A stretch of DNA of 40,490 bases from Pseudobdellovibrionaceae bacterium (GCA_030591685.1 JAUVAX010000020.1:1-40490); one strand, 5' to 3'; numbered from the stretch's first letter, positions 1 through 9,190 are shown. Made by a program: numbers and translations. Notes: generated by a model not told the origin, from the sequence alone.

Positions 1-2
1 CG

Positions 3-884
3 GTAGAAGCCCAAAAAAAATTAGGGCTTGAGGTGATGCAGGCCTTAGGCTTTGATTTTAACCACGGGCGACTTGATGAAAGCCATCATCCTTTTTGTGG
101 CGGAGTGCCTGAAGATGTGCGCGTCACCACTCGGTACAGTACTGATGAGTTTTTACCAAGCCTCATGGGCATTATCCACGAAACAGGCCATGCGCTTTAT
201 GAGCAAAATTTACCTAAAAACTGGCTCACTCAGCCCGTCGGTGCGGCCCGCAGTATGGGGCTACATGAGGGGCAGAGTTTATTGTTTGAAATGCAGGTGG
301 CCCACAGTGATGAGTTTATAGAGTTTTTAGCGCCGCTTATTCGAAAGCACTTTGAGTCGGCAGATAAAAACTACGACTGGAGTAATGAAAACTTAAAAGC
401 CCTTATTAACAAAGTTGAAAAGGGCTATATAAGAGTAGACGCTGATGAGGCTACCTATCCGGCCCATGTTATTTTAAGATTTGAACTAGAAAAGGCCCTC
501 ATCACAGGGGAGCTTAAGGTTAAGGACCTACCCTCGGCCTGGGATGAGAGGATGCAAAAATACCTAGGGCTCTCAACGGTAAATAATTTTACTGACGGGT
601 GCATGCAGGACGTTCACTGGCCGAGTGGGTCTTTTGGGTACTTTCCAAGTTACACCTTAGGGGCTATGAATGCGGCTCAGGCCTATAGCGTGGCTAAAAC
701 ACAAGATGTAAGCATAGCGCCCAGTATATCAAAAGGTGATTTTGAGCCCCTCAAGGCGTGGTTTATAAAAAACATTTGGTCAAAGGGGAGCTTGTTGTCT
801 ATTGATGATTTAATGAGCTCAGCAACGGGTGAAACCTTAAACCCTAAATACTTTTTAAATCATTTAACCACTAGGTATAAATAA
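3..884 (+). CDS. Carboxypeptidase M32 (Taq-type), 5'-truncated by the window edge
   Basis: M32 motifs HPF, DVRVTTR, HETGH (HExxH), HEGQ, IRVDADE, GCMQDVHW; frame is open back to the window start. Confidence 0.95.
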   Translation, partial: VEAQKKLGLEVMQALGFDFNHGRLDESHHPFCGGVPEDVRVTTRYSTDEFLPSLMGIIHETGHALYEQNLPKNWLTQPVGAARSMGLHEGQSLLFEMQVAHSDEFIEFLAPLIRKHFESADKNYDWSNENLKALINKVEKGYIRVDADEATYPAHVILRFELEKALITGELKVKDLPSAWDERMQKYLGLSTVNNFTDGCMQDVHWPSGSFGYFPSYTLGAMNAAQAYSVAKTQDVSIAPSISKGDFEPLKAWFIKNIWSKGSLLSIDDLMSSATGETLNPKYFLNHLTTRYK

Positions 885-887
885 ATT

Positions 888-1103
888 ATGAACGTTAAGC
901 CCGGTTTATATAAACACTATAAAGGTCAAAGCTACCAAGTTTTTAAGGTGGCCAAGCATTCTGAGACTCAAGAGGAGCTAGTGGTGTACCAGTGCCTTTA
1001 CGGGGACTACAGCTACTGGGTACGGCCAAAGAGTATGTTTTTAGAGTCTGTTAAAATTGACGGTCTATTAAAACCACGGTTTGAGTTTGTAGGTGAGTTA
1101 TGA
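888..1103 (+). CDS. DUF1653 domain protein
   Basis: [25 protein letters not shown]....WVRP..MF signature. Confidence 0.9.
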   Translation: MNVKPGLYKHYKGQSYQVFKVAKHSETQEELVVYQCLYGDYSYWVRPKSMFLESVKIDGLLKPRFEFVGEL

Positions 1104-1780
1104 AGCCCAAAAATTTAAACTTAGTTTTATACTCAGGCGGTCAAACTCAAAGCAATAAAAAGCTCCACGGGGCACTATCTGACCTAGTGGGGGTTCAATC
1201 TAAAAAATCGCTCACTTATATACCCTATTGCTATGAGGGGTGTGAGGTGTACTTTAACCGGGCCAAAAAACGCTATTCGCGGTTTGGGTTTAACCAGTTT
1301 CACTGTGCGCCGGTGGATCGCCCGATGACAAAACCAGTATTAGAAAAAATGTTATCCTCAGACGTTATTTACCTCGCCGGTGGCAATACGTTTTATTTTC
1401 TTTATCACCTTAAAAAAAGTGGTGTACTGCCTAAGTTAAAAAACTATGCTCTTTCAGGGGGGTTACTGACGGGTTTAAGTGCTGGGGCTATAATTATGAC
1501 CCCACATATTGGTTTAGCCAGTTACCCTAGTTTTGATTGTGACGACAACGAGGTGGGGTTAAAAAAGCTAAACTCTTTAAACCTTGTTAACTTTGAGTTC
1601 TTTCCGCATTATAACTCGACCCATACACGCCTTAAGAACTCTTTAAAAAAGTACTCTCTTAAGGCTAAAAAAAATATTTTAGCCAGTCACGATGGCGGCG
1701 GAGTTGTGGTTGAAAACGGTAATAATCATCTTTTAGGACAAAACACTTTATTTGCTCAAGGGCAGTGTTACTCACTTTAA
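1100..1780 (+). CDS. Peptidase S51 / dipeptidase E-like (class I glutamine amidotransferase fold)
   Basis: [18 protein letters not shown] nucleophile elbow, FFPHY; ATGA overlap with the upstream gene. Confidence 0.88.
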   Translation: MKPKNLNLVLYSGGQTQSNKKLHGALSDLVGVQSKKSLTYIPYCYEGCEVYFNRAKKRYSRFGFNQFHCAPVDRPMTKPVLEKMLSSDVIYLAGGNTFYFLYHLKKSGVLPKLKNYALSGGLLTGLSAGAIIMTPHIGLASYPSFDCDDNEVGLKKLNSLNLVNFEFFPHYNSTHTRLKNSLKKYSLKAKKNILASHDGGGVVVENGNNHLLGQNTLFAQGQCYSL

Positions 1781-1833
1781 TTTGTTTTATTTACTCATGA
1801 GTTTTTATAAATTCAATAAAAAGTATAAATCAA

Positions 1834-3540
1834 CTAAGGCAGAGCCGGGTTTAAGTTTTTAATACGAGCGGCAAAGGTAAAGTATTTTTTTGAACCATCG
1901 CTTTGAAGCTTAAAAGGACACACAAAACTCATGGGTTGGTATTGAGTGGCATCAAAAAACGGCAGAGCTTCAAAATTAGCGTACCCGAGACCATCAAAAT
2001 TATGATTGGTAGAGTTAAAGTCTGCTATTTTAGTAAACCCAAGCTGAGTTAAATTATTACAATACGTACCGCCATATATATTTTGGTAGTCACTCCAAGG
2101 GGCCCTAGCGCAAGGGGTAGTCGTGCATAAGGGGATAGGCTTTACAAAAAGGGAGACCCCATCAATGGCGCCTGTCATGTGAAACATAGAATCATTGATG
2201 TACTGCCATTGGTATTTAATTTTTCGATCACTTGTATTGACGGCATTAGCATTATAGCACGAGTTGCCTTCAGTGAGTTGGTAATCATCATTAGTTGGTA
2301 AACTGGAGCAAGGGGCATAGGTAAAATTATGGTCTTTAATTATTTGAAAGGGGCCATAAAAACCAGCACCAAGCCATTTGCCATACTGTAGATCATAGGG
2401 ATCAATGAGTATTCTGTTAACAAACGCCTTTTTGTTTCCCGAGTCAACGCAGGTGGTGACGACCTCTCCTCCATTAAGTCTGTAAACGTCAACAACGTTC
2501 ATATCAGCAGGGAACTCAGACCATTGTAGATGCCCCGACCCAAGCAGATCCTCCCAAAGTGTGCTGAGTAAATCTATAGCTCCTCCGCCACCATAGTGGC
2601 AGGCTTGTGCCTTTTCACCGCCGAGTTGAAGCTGTGTATAGTCCCCCCCAAAGAAGCCAAAAATAATATCTCCTCCGACACTTTTAGTTCGAATATTAGA
2701 GTCTATGTGACCTCTCCCCCAATAAAATCCAGGGTTAATGTATTTAGACATAGCTAAATCTCTACTCAGTGGTACGGCTCCTAAAGCTATCTCCTGTGAA
2801 AGGTCTTTGTAGTTTATATTGAGTGCTAGCCCAGTAGAGGCCAACTGGTACTCAAGTTCTACTCCATCAAAAGCTGTAAAGTTAAACCAGCCATTAAAAA
2901 TTTCACTGTAACCAACAGTCATAGTTTGTGTACTATTTGTGGGTTTAAAGATAACGTTCACTCGGTCCGTGTAGCCATGGCCGTAGCCGTTGATTAGAGT
3001 GCCTTGCGGGCCAAATGTACCGGTCCCTCCAAGTGCACCATTTACATACTGCCCTGTGATCAAGTTTTGTTTGAGCCCCGAGTCAGGAGCGCCAGCATCA
3101 GGCAGAGGGGTTTGAACGGTGGTGATTGTAATAGTTTGATCACCGGGCGAGAGAGTGGCTAAATCACCATCATTATCACCGTAAGAGTAAAAGGACCCTT
3201 TTGTGTCGTTGTGTGTCCAAATCTCTAAGTACTGAACCAATCGGTCTTCACCAGAAGGGACTTGGATAGTAATAGAATCAGGGGCTGTGCCTGAGTAGGC
3301 AGGGTTATTTCTTATGCAGTTAAGTCCGCATTTATCGCTCCAGGTCCGGATGATTTTATCTTCAATGCCCGGGCCTGAAATATTAATAAAAATATGAGAC
3401 CGAGCAGTGTTAGCGGCAAGGCTTGAGACTTTTTGCGATGAGGGTATGGGCAAGGTCACTTGAGTGGTTTCAACATCTCGGGTGCAGCCAATGAGGGCCG
3501 AAGCGCTAAGTAAATAAATAGAAGCTATTAAAATCCTCAT
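1834..3540 (-). CDS. Hypothetical lipoprotein, 568 aa, Gly/Cys-containing and beta-rich
   Basis: Lipobox-like ..ASALIG|C at residue 19; long ORF; AAGGA upstream; no recognisable catalytic motif. Confidence 0.8.
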   Translation of the reverse strand: MRILIASIYLLSASALIGCTRDVETTQVTLPIPSSQKVSSLAANTARSHIFINISGPGIEDKIIRTWSDKCGLNCIRNNPAYSGTAPDSITIQVPSGEDRLVQYLEIWTHNDTKGSFYSYGDNDGDLATLSPGDQTITITTVQTPLPDAGAPDSGLKQNLITGQYVNGALGGTGTFGPQGTLINGYGHGYTDRVNVIFKPTNSTQTMTVGYSEIFNGWFNFTAFDGVELEYQLASTGLALNINYKDLSQEIALGAVPLSRDLAMSKYINPGFYWGRGHIDSNIRTKSVGGDIIFGFFGGDYTQLQLGGEKAQACHYGGGGAIDLLSTLWEDLLGSGHLQWSEFPADMNVVDVYRLNGGEVVTTCVDSGNKKAFVNRILIDPYDLQYGKWLGAGFYGPFQIIKDHNFTYAPCSSLPTNDDYQLTEGNSCYNANAVNTSDRKIKYQWQYINDSMFHMTGAIDGVSLFVKPIPLCTTTPCARAPWSDYQNIYGGTYCNNLTQLGFTKIADFNSTNHNFDGLGYANFEALPFFDATQYQPMSFVCPFKLQSDGSKKYFTFAARIKNLNPALP

Positions 3541-3588
3541 ATTCAGCCAACGTCCTTAATATGTGAGTACAAAAAACCTATCAAAAAC

Positions 3589-3616
3589 TTGTCGGCAGGC
3601 TGGACTAAAGTCTAAA
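3589..3616 (-). promoter_or_regulatory. Putative sigma28 (FliA-type) promoter of the lipoprotein gene
   Basis: Minus strand TTTAG-N15-GCCGACAA versus consensus TAAA-N15-GCCGATAA. Confidence 0.55.
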
Positions 3617-3657
3617 GTCGACTTTTTCACTGTAACTGTATTTAAATAGGACAACGA

Positions 3658-3817
3658 GGACTCAGTTGCTCTTTAAGTCTTATGAGCCTCTTATTAAATC
3701 GCTTTTGTTGGGGCAGAGTTAACGAATATTTAATTTGAGTTGGGCTCGGCAGGCACCTAACAGACTCCTGAATAAGAGGGCCCTGTAAGCAGAATGTAAG
3801 AATTATACCCTAAGTCC
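3658..3817 (+). ncRNA. Candidate rod-like structured RNA (unassigned)
   Basis: Nested helices 3687-3695/3771-3779, 3704-3714/3753-3764, 3716-3723/3739-3747, outer 3658-3665/3810-3817; G-U pairs favour the + strand. Confidence 0.3.
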
Positions 3818-3852
3818 ATTATGGACCATTTTTGTCTGGGCCCTATCAAAAA

Positions 3853-3889
3853 AAGTAACACCTGTGAGAACTTAAGTAAAAACCGTGAG
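3853..3889. promoter_or_regulatory. Tandem direct repeat, putative enhancer-binding-protein site (UAS)
   Basis: AAGTAACACCTGTGAG (3853-3868) and AAGTAAAAACCGTGAG (3874-3889), 21-nt period, about 160-195 nt upstream of the predicted sigma54 start. Confidence 0.45.
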
Positions 3890-4020
3890 TTACATGTTGA
3901 CCCTTAAGAAATCAGGCTCTGAATACAGGGGTTTCTGCAGGGGGGGATTGTTAAAATTTCCATTAAGGGGCTAGGGGGATGGCTCAAGTGAGTTGTACAG
4001 GCAGTAGACGGGCAAAAAAG

Positions 4021-4037
4021 TTGGCACATCTGTTGCT
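4021..4037 (+). promoter_or_regulatory. sigma54 (-24/-12) promoter
   Basis: TTGGCACATCTGTTGCT fits TGGCAC-N5-TTGC with exact GG-N10-GC spacing. Confidence 0.75.
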
Positions 4038-4047
4038 TTGTACTAAA

Positions 4048-4110
4048 GACATATCCCCCTTGGCGGCCTGGACCCCCCCCCCTCTTTACCCCCAGGTCGT
4101 CATTTTTTTT
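4048..4110 (+). ncRNA. Candidate sigma54-dependent small RNA with a C-rich loop
   Basis: Predicted start about 4048; hairpin 4061-4071/4092-4102 with a 20-nt C-rich loop, then T8. Confidence 0.5.
4061..4110 (+). terminator. Intrinsic terminator-like hairpin
   Basis: TGGCGGCCTGG / CCAGGTCGTCA (11 bp including two G-U pairs) followed by TTTTTTTT. Confidence 0.65.
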
Positions 4111-4218
4111 GCCTTAAAGCTACATATTCAAATTTTAAACGAGATTTATAAGGCGTTAAGTCGCGCTTTTAAAAGCTAGCCTACTCGAAGGCTTAAAATA
4201 TTAATAAACTATTAATAT

Positions 4219-4953
4219 ATGGTTCAATTTGCAGTTTTTTTACTATTAGTTTTCAGCTCTCCTTTGAGCCATGGGTATCATATAGTTATTGATCCAGGGC
4301 ATGGAGGCTCTGATCGGGGGGCCACCAATAGGTCAACCAATGAGTCAGAGCTCACCCTAAAAATGACCCATAAGCTTGTCAGAGGCCTTAGAAATAAAGG
4401 TTTTAAAGTCACCCTAACAAGAAAGGGCAACCAAAACCTAAGCCTTCAAGCCCGAGTTGAAATCGCTAACAGCGTAAAGGCTGATTTGTTGGTAAGTATA
4501 CACGCCAACTCTTCAGTGGATAAAAGGGCAAAAGGCGCTGAGTTTTACTTTCAAAACCAGCTCGATGCCGACGAAGAGTCTATGTTTTTAGCCAGCCGAG
4601 AAAACCAAAACTCTAAGCCCGCTTTAATAAATAGTGATGACAAGCATTCAAGCACTATTGACCACATTTTGGGCGACATGAAGCGGACCTATAATATTTA
4701 CCTCAGCTCAGAGTTATCTAAAAAATTAGCGCTTAACTGGAAAGGGCAAAAAAAGAGCAAACTCAACCTTATTAAACAAGCTCCGTTTTATGTGATTAAA
4801 AACTCAAATATGCCCTCTGTGCTCGTTGAGTTGGGGTATTTAAGCCATAATTTTGAGTCAAAAAAACTGACTCAAAGCAAATATCAAAATATTATGGTGA
4901 GCAGTATTATTAAAGCAATCGTTGACTACAAAAAACAAATCGACAACAACTAA
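4219..4953 (+). CDS. N-acetylmuramoyl-L-alanine amidase (Amidase_3, AmiA/B/C-like)
   Basis: Signal peptide; IVIDPGHGG, E, LVSIHANS, SVLVELGY zinc-amidase motifs. Confidence 0.93.
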   Translation: MVQFAVFLLLVFSSPLSHGYHIVIDPGHGGSDRGATNRSTNESELTLKMTHKLVRGLRNKGFKVTLTRKGNQNLSLQARVEIANSVKADLLVSIHANSSVDKRAKGAEFYFQNQLDADEESMFLASRENQNSKPALINSDDKHSSTIDHILGDMKRTYNIYLSSELSKKLALNWKGQKKSKLNLIKQAPFYVIKNSNMPSVLVELGYLSHNFESKKLTQSKYQNIMVSSIIKAIVDYKKQIDNN

Positions 4954-4986
4954 GCCCACAAACTAAAACAAATATATGGAGTTATT

Positions 4987-5709
4987 ATGCGCACAGATGG
5001 CCGTAAGAGTGATGAGTTACGCTCAGTTGAAATTATACCTGATTTTTGTAAATACGCTGAGGGCAGTGCTTTAGTAAAATTCGGAAACACTCACGTTTTA
5101 TGCACGGCAACAACTGATGAGTCCACCCCTAAATTTTTGCAAGGCAGTGGGCAAGGGTGGGTCACAGCAGAGTACGGCATGCTCCCTCGCTCTACACATA
5201 CCCGAATACGTAGAGATCGAGCGGCCAATAGTGGTCGTACTCAAGAAATCTCAAGGCTCATTGGGCGAAGCCTAAGGTCAGCCATGGATTTAAAAACTTT
5301 AGGTGAAAGGCAGATCACTATAGATTGTGATGTCATACAGGCCGATGGCGGCACAAGAACTGCGGCCATCACAGGTGGTTTTGTGGCTCTAGCTATGGCG
5401 ACAGAGTTTTTGCAAAAACAACGTAAACTTAAAGACAACCCATTAAAAAGATACATTAGCGCCATTAGTGCTGGGATTTTTAAGCAAGAGGCTATTTTAG
5501 ACTTAAACTACGATGAAGACTCAAATATAGAAACAGACATGAACTTTGTCATGGACGGCTCTGGTGAGTTTATTGAAATTCAGGGCACTGCAGAGGGCGT
5601 CCCCTTTACTCAGCCACAGCTTAACAGCATGATTGAGCTGGCAGACAAGGGCTGTAAAGAGCTACTTTTAAAACAACAAGAGCTCATAGGGCATTACTTT
5701 TCACTTTAG
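4987..5709 (+). CDS. rph: Ribonuclease PH
   Basis: [47 protein letters not shown]. Confidence 0.98.
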   Translation: MRTDGRKSDELRSVEIIPDFCKYAEGSALVKFGNTHVLCTATTDESTPKFLQGSGQGWVTAEYGMLPRSTHTRIRRDRAANSGRTQEISRLIGRSLRSAMDLKTLGERQITIDCDVIQADGGTRTAAITGGFVALAMATEFLQKQRKLKDNPLKRYISAISAGIFKQEAILDLNYDEDSNIETDMNFVMDGSGEFIEIQGTAEGVPFTQPQLNSMIELADKGCKELLLKQQELIGHYFSL

Positions 5710-5727
5710 CTTAGGGGTAGGCGTTTA

Positions 5728-6321
5728 ATGGAGCTCTGGGTAGCAACAACCAATAAAGGTAAAGTGACAGAGTTTAAATCACTACTGGGTGATTTAGGCA
5801 TAGAAATTAAAACACTCAAAGACCTGCCGAATTACTACTCCCCTGAAGAGACAGGCACTACTTTTGCCGAAAACGCATGGATTAAAGCCCACGCCCTTAA
5901 AGCCCTTAAACCAGATGCTTTTATTTGCGCTGAAGATAGCGGGCTAGAGGTGACGGGGCTTAATAATTTACCAGGGGTTCATTCGGCCCGGTATGCTGGT
6001 GATAAGGCTTCAGATGCCATGAATAACGATAAAGTTTTAAAAATGGTCAACATGAGGACCCCTCAAAATAGAGAGGCTCAGTTTAAGTGTGCGTTGGCTT
6101 TTATAGATCCTAAGGGCTATGAAAATTTATTTGAGGGCACTGTAGAAGGGGCCATATCTAAAAAGTTAAGTGGTACAGAGGGCTTTGGATACGACTGTTG
6201 CTTTATACCCACTGGTAAAGAGCAAACCTTTGCCGAGCTGGGGCTTGTGTATAAAAATAAAGTATCACATAGGTCACAGGCTATTAAAAAATTTCGTGAA
6301 TATTTAAAATCAATAGTTTAA
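5728..6321 (+). CDS. rdgB: dITP/XTP pyrophosphatase (HAM1 family)
   Basis: ATTNKGK, EDSGL, PGVHSARY, GFGYD, SHR; follows rph. Confidence 0.96.
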   Translation: MELWVATTNKGKVTEFKSLLGDLGIEIKTLKDLPNYYSPEETGTTFAENAWIKAHALKALKPDAFICAEDSGLEVTGLNNLPGVHSARYAGDKASDAMNNDKVLKMVNMRTPQNREAQFKCALAFIDPKGYENLFEGTVEGAISKKLSGTEGFGYDCCFIPTGKEQTFAELGLVYKNKVSHRSQAIKKFREYLKSIV

Positions 6322-6347
6322 TTTTTTAAAAAGCATTAAGAGTTTTT

Positions 6348-6695
6348 TTAAGAGAGCTTACTAGGGGAGTCCACAATAGTTATGCTCTTCAACGAGGCGT
6401 AGATGCCAATTTGTTTTGTTATTTTTTCAGAGGGGCGAATCAGTGCAAGCGCGCCCCCTTTTAGCATCAACTTATCTGCCAATTGAGCTATATATATAAT
6501 GCTCATAAGGCTTAAAAACCGAGTCGAATTAAAGTCATAGGCCAACCATCTTTGGCCGTCTGAGTAAAGCTCTTCAGAGGCCACTTTAAACTCCTCAAAG
6601 TTAAAGGCATCAATCCGCTCAGGGGCATTTTGAATAGACCAGTTGATTTGACCTTTAGGTGAGTTTTTCTTTGTTTTTTGAAGATTTATATCCAT
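6348..6695 (-). CDS. STAS / anti-sigma-factor-antagonist-like protein (degenerate)
   Basis: Size and pattern RIDAFN..F....EL......WLAYDF....FLS....GG.LALI.PS; the phosphorylatable DSSG motif is degenerate. Confidence 0.65.
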   Translation of the reverse strand: MDINLQKTKKNSPKGQINWSIQNAPERIDAFNFEEFKVASEELYSDGQRWLAYDFNSTRFLSLMSIIYIAQLADKLMLKGGALALIRPSEKITKQIGIYASLKSITIVDSPSKLS

Positions 6696-6701
6696 ATAAA
6701 A

Positions 6702-6732
6702 ATTATATTGGATGACACTCTAGGGATGTCAA
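6702..6732 (-). promoter_or_regulatory. sigma70-type promoter with a 19-bp spacer and an overlapping dyad
   Basis: TTGACA-N19-TATAAT ending 6 nt before the ATG; inverted repeat TGACA-N9-TGTCA covers the -35 and spacer. Confidence 0.55.
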
Positions 6733-6939
6733 TATTGAGTCTTAAAAGGTCGGGGTAATGTTAACAATTGCTCCTATTTTTGGAGGTTCGTCGGGGCTGA
6801 TGTCATTGAGTTTAAAAAACTTTTAGCCACTTAAGTGTTTAGCTACTTATAGGGGGAGCGTGAAAAAAAAAGAATTTGGCATTAATTCAGAGTTAAATCA
6901 CTAGACTTTTATAAGGGGTTATTATAAAAAATCACCACT

Positions 6940-7884
6940 ATGCGTGAGTTAAAAATATTTTCAGGTAATTCGGTACCCAGTTTCGCTCAAAATGTGGCTG
7001 ATAATTTAGGTGTTGAGCTGGGGCAAAGCAACGTGGCTCAGTTTGCTGATGGCGAAATAATGGTTGAGATTAACGAAAGCGTAAGGGGGGCAGATGTGTA
7101 CGTTATACAGAGCACCTGCCCACCAGCGAATCAAAACTACATGGAGCTGTTTATCACTCTTGACGCTCTGAGGCGAGCTTCGGCAAACTCTATCACAGCA
7201 GTGATCCCCTATTATGGTTATGCGAGACAAGATCGCAAAGTGGCCCCTCGGGCTCCAATTTCGGCAAAATGTGTGGCCGATTTACTGACGACTTCAGGGG
7301 CGGACCGTATATTAACTGTCGATTTACACTCAGCTCAAATACAGGGCTTTTTTAACTGCCCTGTGGACCATTTATTTGCAATCCCTACAATGGCACGAAC
7401 CTGGCGTGAAAAATATGGCTTTGGTGATGACTACTGTGTTGTGAGCCCAGATGCTGGTGGTGTTGAGCGCGCCAGAGCCTTTGCTAAAAGGATAGAATCC
7501 CCTATTGCCATTATTGATAAGCGCCGCACGGGCCCTAATGAGGCCAAAGCTCTGCATTTAATTGGAGATGTGAGAAACAAAATTGCCATTATTGTAGATG
7601 ATATGATAGACACTGGTGGAACCTTAGTGCAGGCCGTTGATAGCTTGATTGAAAATGGTGCAAAAAAAGTTTTTGCAGTCTGTACACACCCTGTTTTTTC
7701 AGGGCCCGCTATTGGCCGAATTAACGAAAGCAAGATTGAGAAGGTTCTGGTTACGGACACCATACCTCTTTCAGAGCAAGGTAAGGCGAGTAGCAAGGTA
7801 GAAGTTGTAAGTGTTGCCCCTGTTGTGGCAGAGGCGATTAAACGAATTTACTCTCACGAGTCTGTAACGTCATTATTTGGCTAA
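6940..7884 (+). CDS. prs: Ribose-phosphate pyrophosphokinase
   Basis: FADGE, PYYGYARQDRK, DLHSAQIQGFF, VSPDAGGVERA, IVDDMIDTGGTL. Confidence 0.98.
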   Translation: MRELKIFSGNSVPSFAQNVADNLGVELGQSNVAQFADGEIMVEINESVRGADVYVIQSTCPPANQNYMELFITLDALRRASANSITAVIPYYGYARQDRKVAPRAPISAKCVADLLTTSGADRILTVDLHSAQIQGFFNCPVDHLFAIPTMARTWREKYGFGDDYCVVSPDAGGVERARAFAKRIESPIAIIDKRRTGPNEAKALHLIGDVRNKIAIIVDDMIDTGGTLVQAVDSLIENGAKKVFAVCTHPVFSGPAIGRINESKIEKVLVTDTIPLSEQGKASSKVEVVSVAPVVAEAIKRIYSHESVTSLFG

Positions 7885-7931
7885 GTACAATTTTTGAGAA
7901 TTAAAATAAAAAAGAACAAGAGGAAGCTATA

Positions 7932-8588
7932 ATGAGTACAAAAAATGAAATCACTGCATATTCAAGAGTAACGGGCCGAGGAAACTCTCGTGGATTACGA
8001 AAAGACAAACTCATACCGGCTGTAATCTACGGGCCAAAAACTGAAAATATTAACCTCAGTATTGGGCAAAATGAAGCGGTTAAGTACACAGGCTACGGTT
8101 TTGAAAATACAATTTTTACTTTTAAATCAGACGATAAAAAAATTAATAATATTAAAGTTCTTGTAAAAGACGTAGATAAACACGGGTTAACTCACTTACC
8201 GGTGCATATTGATTTTTACTCACCAGACATGACTCAAACGGTAAAAGTAAACGTTGAGGTTCGGTTTGAAGGTAAAGCTGCGGGTTTAGCCGAAGGCGGA
8301 CTGTTTAACATTACTAAAAGAGATATTGAAGTTGAGTGTTTACCTAATGAGATCCCTGAGTTTTTAACAGTAGATGTTTCGGGCTTAGCCCTTAACCAGT
8401 CGTTACATGTTTCAGATGCTGTGATCCCTGAGGGAGTTAAACTTATAACTTCGTCTACAGAGGCCATTGCTAACTGTACACTGTTGGCTGAAGAGGCTGA
8501 ACCAGTTGCGGCTGAAGTTGACGCGGCAGCCCCTGCTGAAGGTGCCGCCCCTGCTGACGCTGGAAAAGCTGAAGAACCAAAAAAATAA
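7932..8588 (+). CDS. rplY: 50S ribosomal protein L25 (Ctc/TL5 long form)
   Basis: IPAVIYG, HIDFY, C-terminal beta domain, Ala/Glu-rich tail; prs-rplY-pth synteny. Confidence 0.96.
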   Translation: MSTKNEITAYSRVTGRGNSRGLRKDKLIPAVIYGPKTENINLSIGQNEAVKYTGYGFENTIFTFKSDDKKINNIKVLVKDVDKHGLTHLPVHIDFYSPDMTQTVKVNVEVRFEGKAAGLAEGGLFNITKRDIEVECLPNEIPEFLTVDVSGLALNQSLHVSDAVIPEGVKLITSSTEAIANCTLLAEEAEPVAAEVDAAAPAEGAAPADAGKAEEPKK

Positions 8589-8614
8589 TAAACTAAAAAA
8601 GGCTTTAAGCACAT

Positions 8615-9190
8615 ATGAAGTTGATTGTTGGCCTGGGAAACCCGGGCCAAAAGTATTTAATGACAAGACATAATATTGGCTTTCTGTGCATCGATGCCTT
8701 GGCTCGGTTTTATTCAGCCCCCCCTTTTAAAAAAGAGCACAAATCTGAAATCACAAAAGTGCGTGTCGACGACCATCAAGTTTTACTATGTAAGCCTCAA
8801 ACATTTATGAACCTTTCAGGGGCCCCTGTGCAAAAGGTTTTAAGTTATTATAATATCGAAGTTCAAGACCTATTAGTGATACATGATGATATTGACCAAG
8901 AGTTTGACTCAAAAAAATTTCAGCTTAATCGAGGTCATGGGGGTCATAACGGGATTAGGGATATACATCAAAAATTAGGGTCTAATAACTATGCTCGGTT
9001 AAAAATGGGTGTAGGGCGACCGCCCAATCAAAAAATGGATGTGGCCGACTATGTGTTGCAAAACTTTTCAGACCCACAAATGGATGAATTGAGCCACGTA
9101 TTAAACGACACCTGCGATGCTGTTGAAGAGTTTATAATTAACGGGCTTGAGTCAGCAGCGAATAAACATAATAAAAAAGGAACACCTTAA
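8615..9190 (+). CDS. pth: Peptidyl-tRNA hydrolase
   Basis: LIVGLGNPG..Y..TRHNIGF, KPQTFMNLSG, HDD, GHGGHNG. Confidence 0.98.
   Translation: MKLIVGLGNPGQKYLMTRHNIGFLCIDALARFYSAPPFKKEHKSEITKVRVDDHQVLLCKPQTFMNLSGAPVQKVLSYYNIEVQDLLVIHDDIDQEFDSKKFQLNRGHGGHNGIRDIHQKLGSNNYARLKMGVGRPPNQKMDVADYVLQNFSDPQMDELSHVLNDTCDAVEEFIINGLESAANKHNKKGTP

Noticed and set aside
3979..4179. 66-aa ORF in the track
   Set aside because: It crosses the sigma54 core, poly-C run and terminator, and the G-rich stretch abuts the ATG with no RBS spacing; better explained as non-coding
6740..6939. Possible tRNA upstream of prs, as in many bacteria
   Set aside because: No cloverleaf or T-loop motif present
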